Assembly: GCF_964204645.1 (NCBI RefSeq) | Contig: NC_134026.1 | Location: forward strand, 19,846,467 to 19,910,466 | Reading direction: 5' to 3' | Length of the DNA stretch: 64,000 nt | From: Tubulanus polymorphus | Taxonomy: Eukaryota > Animalia > Nemertea | Position numbers and translations under genes: made by a program | Part shown: one piece after another, positions 60,209 through 64,000 of the stretch | Position numbering within the stretch: the first letter of the stretch is position 1 | Layout: every line of letters begins with the position of its first letter | The notes under the pieces: model-generated | Database searches by the model: none | Told to the model about the DNA's origin: nothing | What the model saw: the letters and a program-made list of their open reading frames with translations, nothing else

Positions 60209-61648
60209 ATGAAAATAGAAATACTTTTCGTTTCACTAATTTTGCTAACAGTGTTCTGCGGTAATGGAGAGAGCAGACGACACCACCCGAAAAACCTGCA
60301 CAGACGGCAGCGAATTCATTTAAAAAGTAACAGCAGAAACAACGGCGAAAACGCAATGAGTCAACTCGATCGACGAAAATACACGAATCAAGCCGCACGA
60401 CTCGAGGAGAATAAGCAATTCATAGATCACCCGAAGTATATCGGATTTCAGCAAGAAAATTCACAAGCGGTGAACACGTCAGACGACGGCGAAGAAAAAC
60501 TCGCACTTAACGACGAGAATAACTACGCGGCGATCAAAACGCGTAACGAAATCATATTCGTCGTGATATTTTTGTTGATGTATTGCAGCGGGTTCGTGAT
60601 GGTTTTGGGCTACAATATGACGATGCCGTACACCGACGAAGACGACGAAAAAGTACAAGAAATGACACGGCAAGCGATCGCCGAACGGGAAACGCGCGTG
60701 CACAATGACAAAATGCGTTTGTACAATTCGTTCAAGAGGAAATACGGCGGCAAGCCGGAAATACGCGTCGAGAGTCCGACTCCGACGACTTCGACGACTC
60801 CCGTGCAGTCGAAGAGACACGCGCTGAAACGAATCGGAAGTTTCCTACGTTCCAGCAGCATTTCGTTACCGAGACGCGCAAATTCGTCGAGCCTTGGCGT
60901 CGCGAGCTCAACGAAAACGCGACGCAGTCAGCCGCTGCCGATGACGACGCGAACGCCGCAACTCAGCCCGAAAAAACGAGACGAAGCGGATTACGATGAC
61001 GACGATTTGAACTACCGAACCATCAGCAGCCTGAACGAGTTTAAACGAATGGTCGCGAAAAAAGCGTTGAAGAACCGACAGCTAAGCGTCGCGTCGGTGG
61101 GAACTACGCGCAGCGAACCGGAGTTTTCATTCGAGAAGGGACCGATGCGTAGTTCGGTCGACACGCCACCGATGAAGACATCGCCGTATAGCAGCGCGGC
61201 CACATCGGTCGAGTGGGAATTTGGAGGCGCCGATTCTCCGTTACTGGACGAGCGGAAAAACGATACAGGTAAGACACGCGACGAAAACCAACTGTCCGAA
61301 AAGGAGCCACTCCTTCAAAACGCCGACGAAAACTCATCGGCAATCATCGATATGTCCGAGTTGAGAAAGAGCCTCGAACAAAAAAGACGGGACTTCTTTA
61401 ACCCGCCACCCCCACAACCAATAGAGGTAATAGTAAAAGTAGATAACAATAATGAGCCAAATAGATCAAAATCACCAAAACGAAATACTTCGGACGCGAG
61501 CTTGAAAATGCCGGGAGTGCGCGCAAATTCACAGGTTCGATTTGCGATACCGGTTAAAACCGTTCGTAGTTTTTCCGCCCCGGCTAGTCCTATCCTCCCC
61601 GAAAAAGATCCCTCACTTTTTACTCCACAGAGAGTCAAAACAGAATAA
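60209..61648 (+). CDS. Intronless 479-aa ORF nested in an ERCC6L2 intron: predicted signal peptide plus single-pass membrane protein with a Ser/Thr/Arg-rich, CpG-rich tail. Function unknown.
   Basis: 1.44-kb uninterrupted frame in otherwise AT-rich, stop-dense DNA. N-terminal MKIEILFVSLILLTVFCGNG (signal-like) and a hydrophobic span IIFVVIFLLMYCSGFVMVLGY. Codon and CpG style match the other bona fide exons here. No homolog recognised. Confidence 0.45.
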   Translation: MKIEILFVSLILLTVFCGNGESRRHHPKNLHRRQRIHLKSNSRNNGENAMSQLDRRKYTNQAARLEENKQFIDHPKYIGFQQENSQAVNTSDDGEEKLALNDENNYAAIKTRNEIIFVVIFLLMYCSGFVMVLGYNMTMPYTDEDDEKVQEMTRQAIAERETRVHNDKMRLYNSFKRKYGGKPEIRVESPTPTTSTTPVQSKRHALKRIGSFLRSSSISLPRRANSSSLGVASSTKTRRSQPLPMTTRTPQLSPKKRDEADYDDDDLNYRTISSLNEFKRMVAKKALKNRQLSVASVGTTRSEPEFSFEKGPMRSSVDTPPMKTSPYSSAATSVEWEFGGADSPLLDERKNDTGKTRDENQLSEKEPLLQNADENSSAIIDMSELRKSLEQKRRDFFNPPPPQPIEVIVKVDNNNEPNRSKSPKRNTSDASLKMPGVRANSQVRFAIPVKTVRSFSAPASPILPEKDPSLFTPQRVKTE

Positions 61649-63295
61649 AGTAACAGTTAACAAATGAAAGTACCATAATAAAAACTTCCTAGAAGAATTT
61701 GTGAGGGCATCAACTAGCAACATTTAGTCGATATGAAAGTGCCGTACATCTCTCTACTAGCCATAGCCATACTAGAATATATTTTGTGTGTATATTTTTG
61801 TAAATAAGGAAAGGAGCTTTTTCAAACAGGTCCCTTAAAAAGGGTGAAAATTAATGGGACAGACAATACAGAGGGTCAATGGGTCCTATTGACCCCCCTG
61901 TATTATCTGTCCCATGTTTTTCGTGAACTTTTAATTTGACATGTGATTTCGTGAAATCGAGGAAAAAAGTGAATTTGAGAGACTGTAATTGTGAATGTGA
62001 ATTCGACATAGAATCAGCGTGATTTATTGAATCTCTTGGTATATTTCTGGGAATCATTAATTTAATTGAATGGTTCATTCATATAAGGCAAGTGAGGCTA
62101 TGTAATTATAGACATTCATTTGCCTGTATGTTATGGTTTTGAATACCAAAGTTGGGTTGTTACAACTTTAATGCATCGCTTTTTCATAAAAGCTAACAAT
62201 TTTCATGAATTTACCGCATGAATTGTGAATTATCAAAAAACGTGAATCATATTTTCGTCCCTGATCAATAGAATCTGATGCACAACTGTGATTTTTATCA
62301 AAGAAATATATTCTTACCTAATTCATACAATCATATATATTTTGTACATCACATATATACACTAATCACAAAAGTATTGATGATTTTTTCAGAAAGAAAG
62401 CTTAACTACTAAAAACGGGAAATCATGTTCGATATGCCTTATTTTTGAAATAAAATGATATTTTTTCGAAGAAAAAAAATCTTTGATCTATGGAGTGATA
62501 AGGTTAAATCTGCAATATCAACTTTCTCATCGAAAAAGGAGTGACAAAAAAGGCTGGCACATGCTCGTTCATTTAATCCGCAATTTCCCTTTTCATTTCT
62601 CAACCCACTGAGCCCAACTGGGACCCTCCTTAAGCAGATTCAAGGTGTCTTTTCCCAAGGGAGAAACGTCTGTCAGAGAAAAATCTTTGACCAACAAAAC
62701 TCTGCTGCCCTAAGGATTCGGGTCTGTGCACCCTCCATTGGTAGACCAGTGCCCAGTTGCTCATACCCCTCAGCCACTTTGCCTCATCTGAACTGGCTAT
62801 TAGCTAATCTTCCCCGCATTACCATATGAAAAAACTTAACATAACCATCAACTTGAATCTAAAGCCTCAATTTTTCGGCCCAAGCCTTTTAGATTTTGCC
62901 ATTCGGCCTGGCTTACTAAGGAATCTGCCCAACAAAAGCTACAAACCTGTGGATAAGTGAGCGACGGCCATTAAAGACAAAGCCAATCCAGGGGCCAGTT
63001 TTATAGACAGGTGTTAACTTTAACTTGGGGGGCTAACTCAATTCAATTTCAATTGAGTTAGCCCCTGGGTTAAAGTTGCACAAATCCATCAAATTTTTCA
63101 AAAGTGCCTCGTTTCATTTTGTCAAAGAAAATTTTCGGACATCAAAGAGCCCTGTTGGGACTTGACAAGTTCTTCAAAACTGGCCCCTCAGTGCAGGATT
63201 ACACCTTATATCGCCTTTTTGGACATCAAAGTGCCCTTTTGGGATGTGACATATCCTTCAAAAATGGCCTCTGAATCCACCCCTGAAATACTCAC

Positions 63296-63441
63296 TTCGT
63301 AGATATGAGGAAGATGAACAGATCCGGATCGCGATTGAACTCTCGAACCATCATGTGTCGTTGTCGGTCTGGCACTTTGCCGTCCAGTCTTCTATATTCA
63401 TATCCTTCACTGATGACATAATGTTCGACGATATCAAGGAG
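63296..63441 (-). CDS. ERCC6L2: ERCC6L2-like exon, helicase C-terminal lobe: LLDIVEHYVISEGYEYRRLDGKVPDRQRHMMVREFNRDPDLFIFLIST(K)
   Basis: Minus acceptor cgtcatacag and donor AA|gtgagt. Phase 2 out joins the G of 58522 to give Lys before AGGLG. Matches human [52 protein letters not shown]. Confidence 0.85.
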
Positions 63442-64000
63442 CTGTATGACGTAGAAGAAAATGACAATCATTCAACTCTGGGTCTAGTTAATAGGTTTTT
63501 TTTAAATCTTCTAATTTCAAAGTTTGTATCAGTTGTAAGACTCAATACGGATAGAGGTACAGAATCAATATACCCACAATATTAACAGAATAGTAGAATA
63601 ATGTTCTATCACTAAAGTTCTAAAAGATTGAAGGCTTTAACATATCAAATATTGTACTGAAGAAAACTTTGGAGTAAAAGGATAAGTACGCAACGAGGAC
63701 TTCAATTTTACAAGGTCTTTGGTTGTTGAATAAAAACCCACAGTAGATTTGTAGAAACAGTTTACAGAAACAGAGGAACAAAAAATACAATGTATGTTTT
63801 CTTCCCCTGAAGATGAGGTTTAGTTTTAATTTTTAGGAAACTGTTAGGAAATAAACTGTTTCTACAAATCTACTGTGGGTTTTTATCTGTTAACTATAAT
63901 GTGATTTATATCAGTTCACTACAGTCACGGGTTTAGTAGCTGATTAGTAAAGCAAGTTTCACCTCACAGCTCATGTCGTATGGAGACCCCAAATTTGGCG

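Overview
This window is eukaryotic nuclear DNA from an AT-rich invertebrate-type metazoan genome, not a prokaryotic locus. The evidence is GT-AG introns, CpG-rich coding exons set in AT-rich non-coding DNA, microsatellites, and MITE and LINE insertions. No CRISPR array, operon or prokaryotic defence system is present. All calls are made by eye against remembered family sequences, with no database search. Recognisable content on the + strand: (1) the 3' half of a SUPV3L1 (Suv3 RNA helicase) gene at 1-3664; (2) a CYP4-family cytochrome P450 gene in 11 exons at 11960-20011, with a TIR transposon 36 bp upstream of its ATG; (3) two tandem, divergent TCTP (TPT1) paralogs at 26754-29851 and 34650-36641; (4) an essentially intronless melatonin-receptor-like GPCR at 49488-50510; (5) a C2H2 zinc-finger exon at about 45753. 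On the - strand: (6) a 7SL (SRP) RNA gene at about 37815-38108; (7) the 3' portion of an ERCC6L2-like SNF2 helicase gene running from 63441 down to 52273, with an apparent alternative terminal exon and a nested intronless ORF (60209-61648, + strand) in one intron; (8) two exons of an unidentified Cys-containing protein at 41276-42271. Mobile DNA: a 5'-truncated non-LTR retrotransposon (24050-26040), a mariner-like transposase relic (32143-32470), two inverted copies of a 1.5 kb TIR element (7480-8830; 10447-11924), several TA-flanked MITE families, and a 542-bp foldback MITE whose empty target site survives in an adjacent duplicate (21543-22084). There are also CYP4 pseudo-exon fragments, (TA)n microsatellites and long perfect palindromes. 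The most novel-looking items are the loop-deleted TCTP paralog, the transposon abutting the CYP4 start codon, the nested ORF in ERCC6L2, and the MITE with its preserved empty site.
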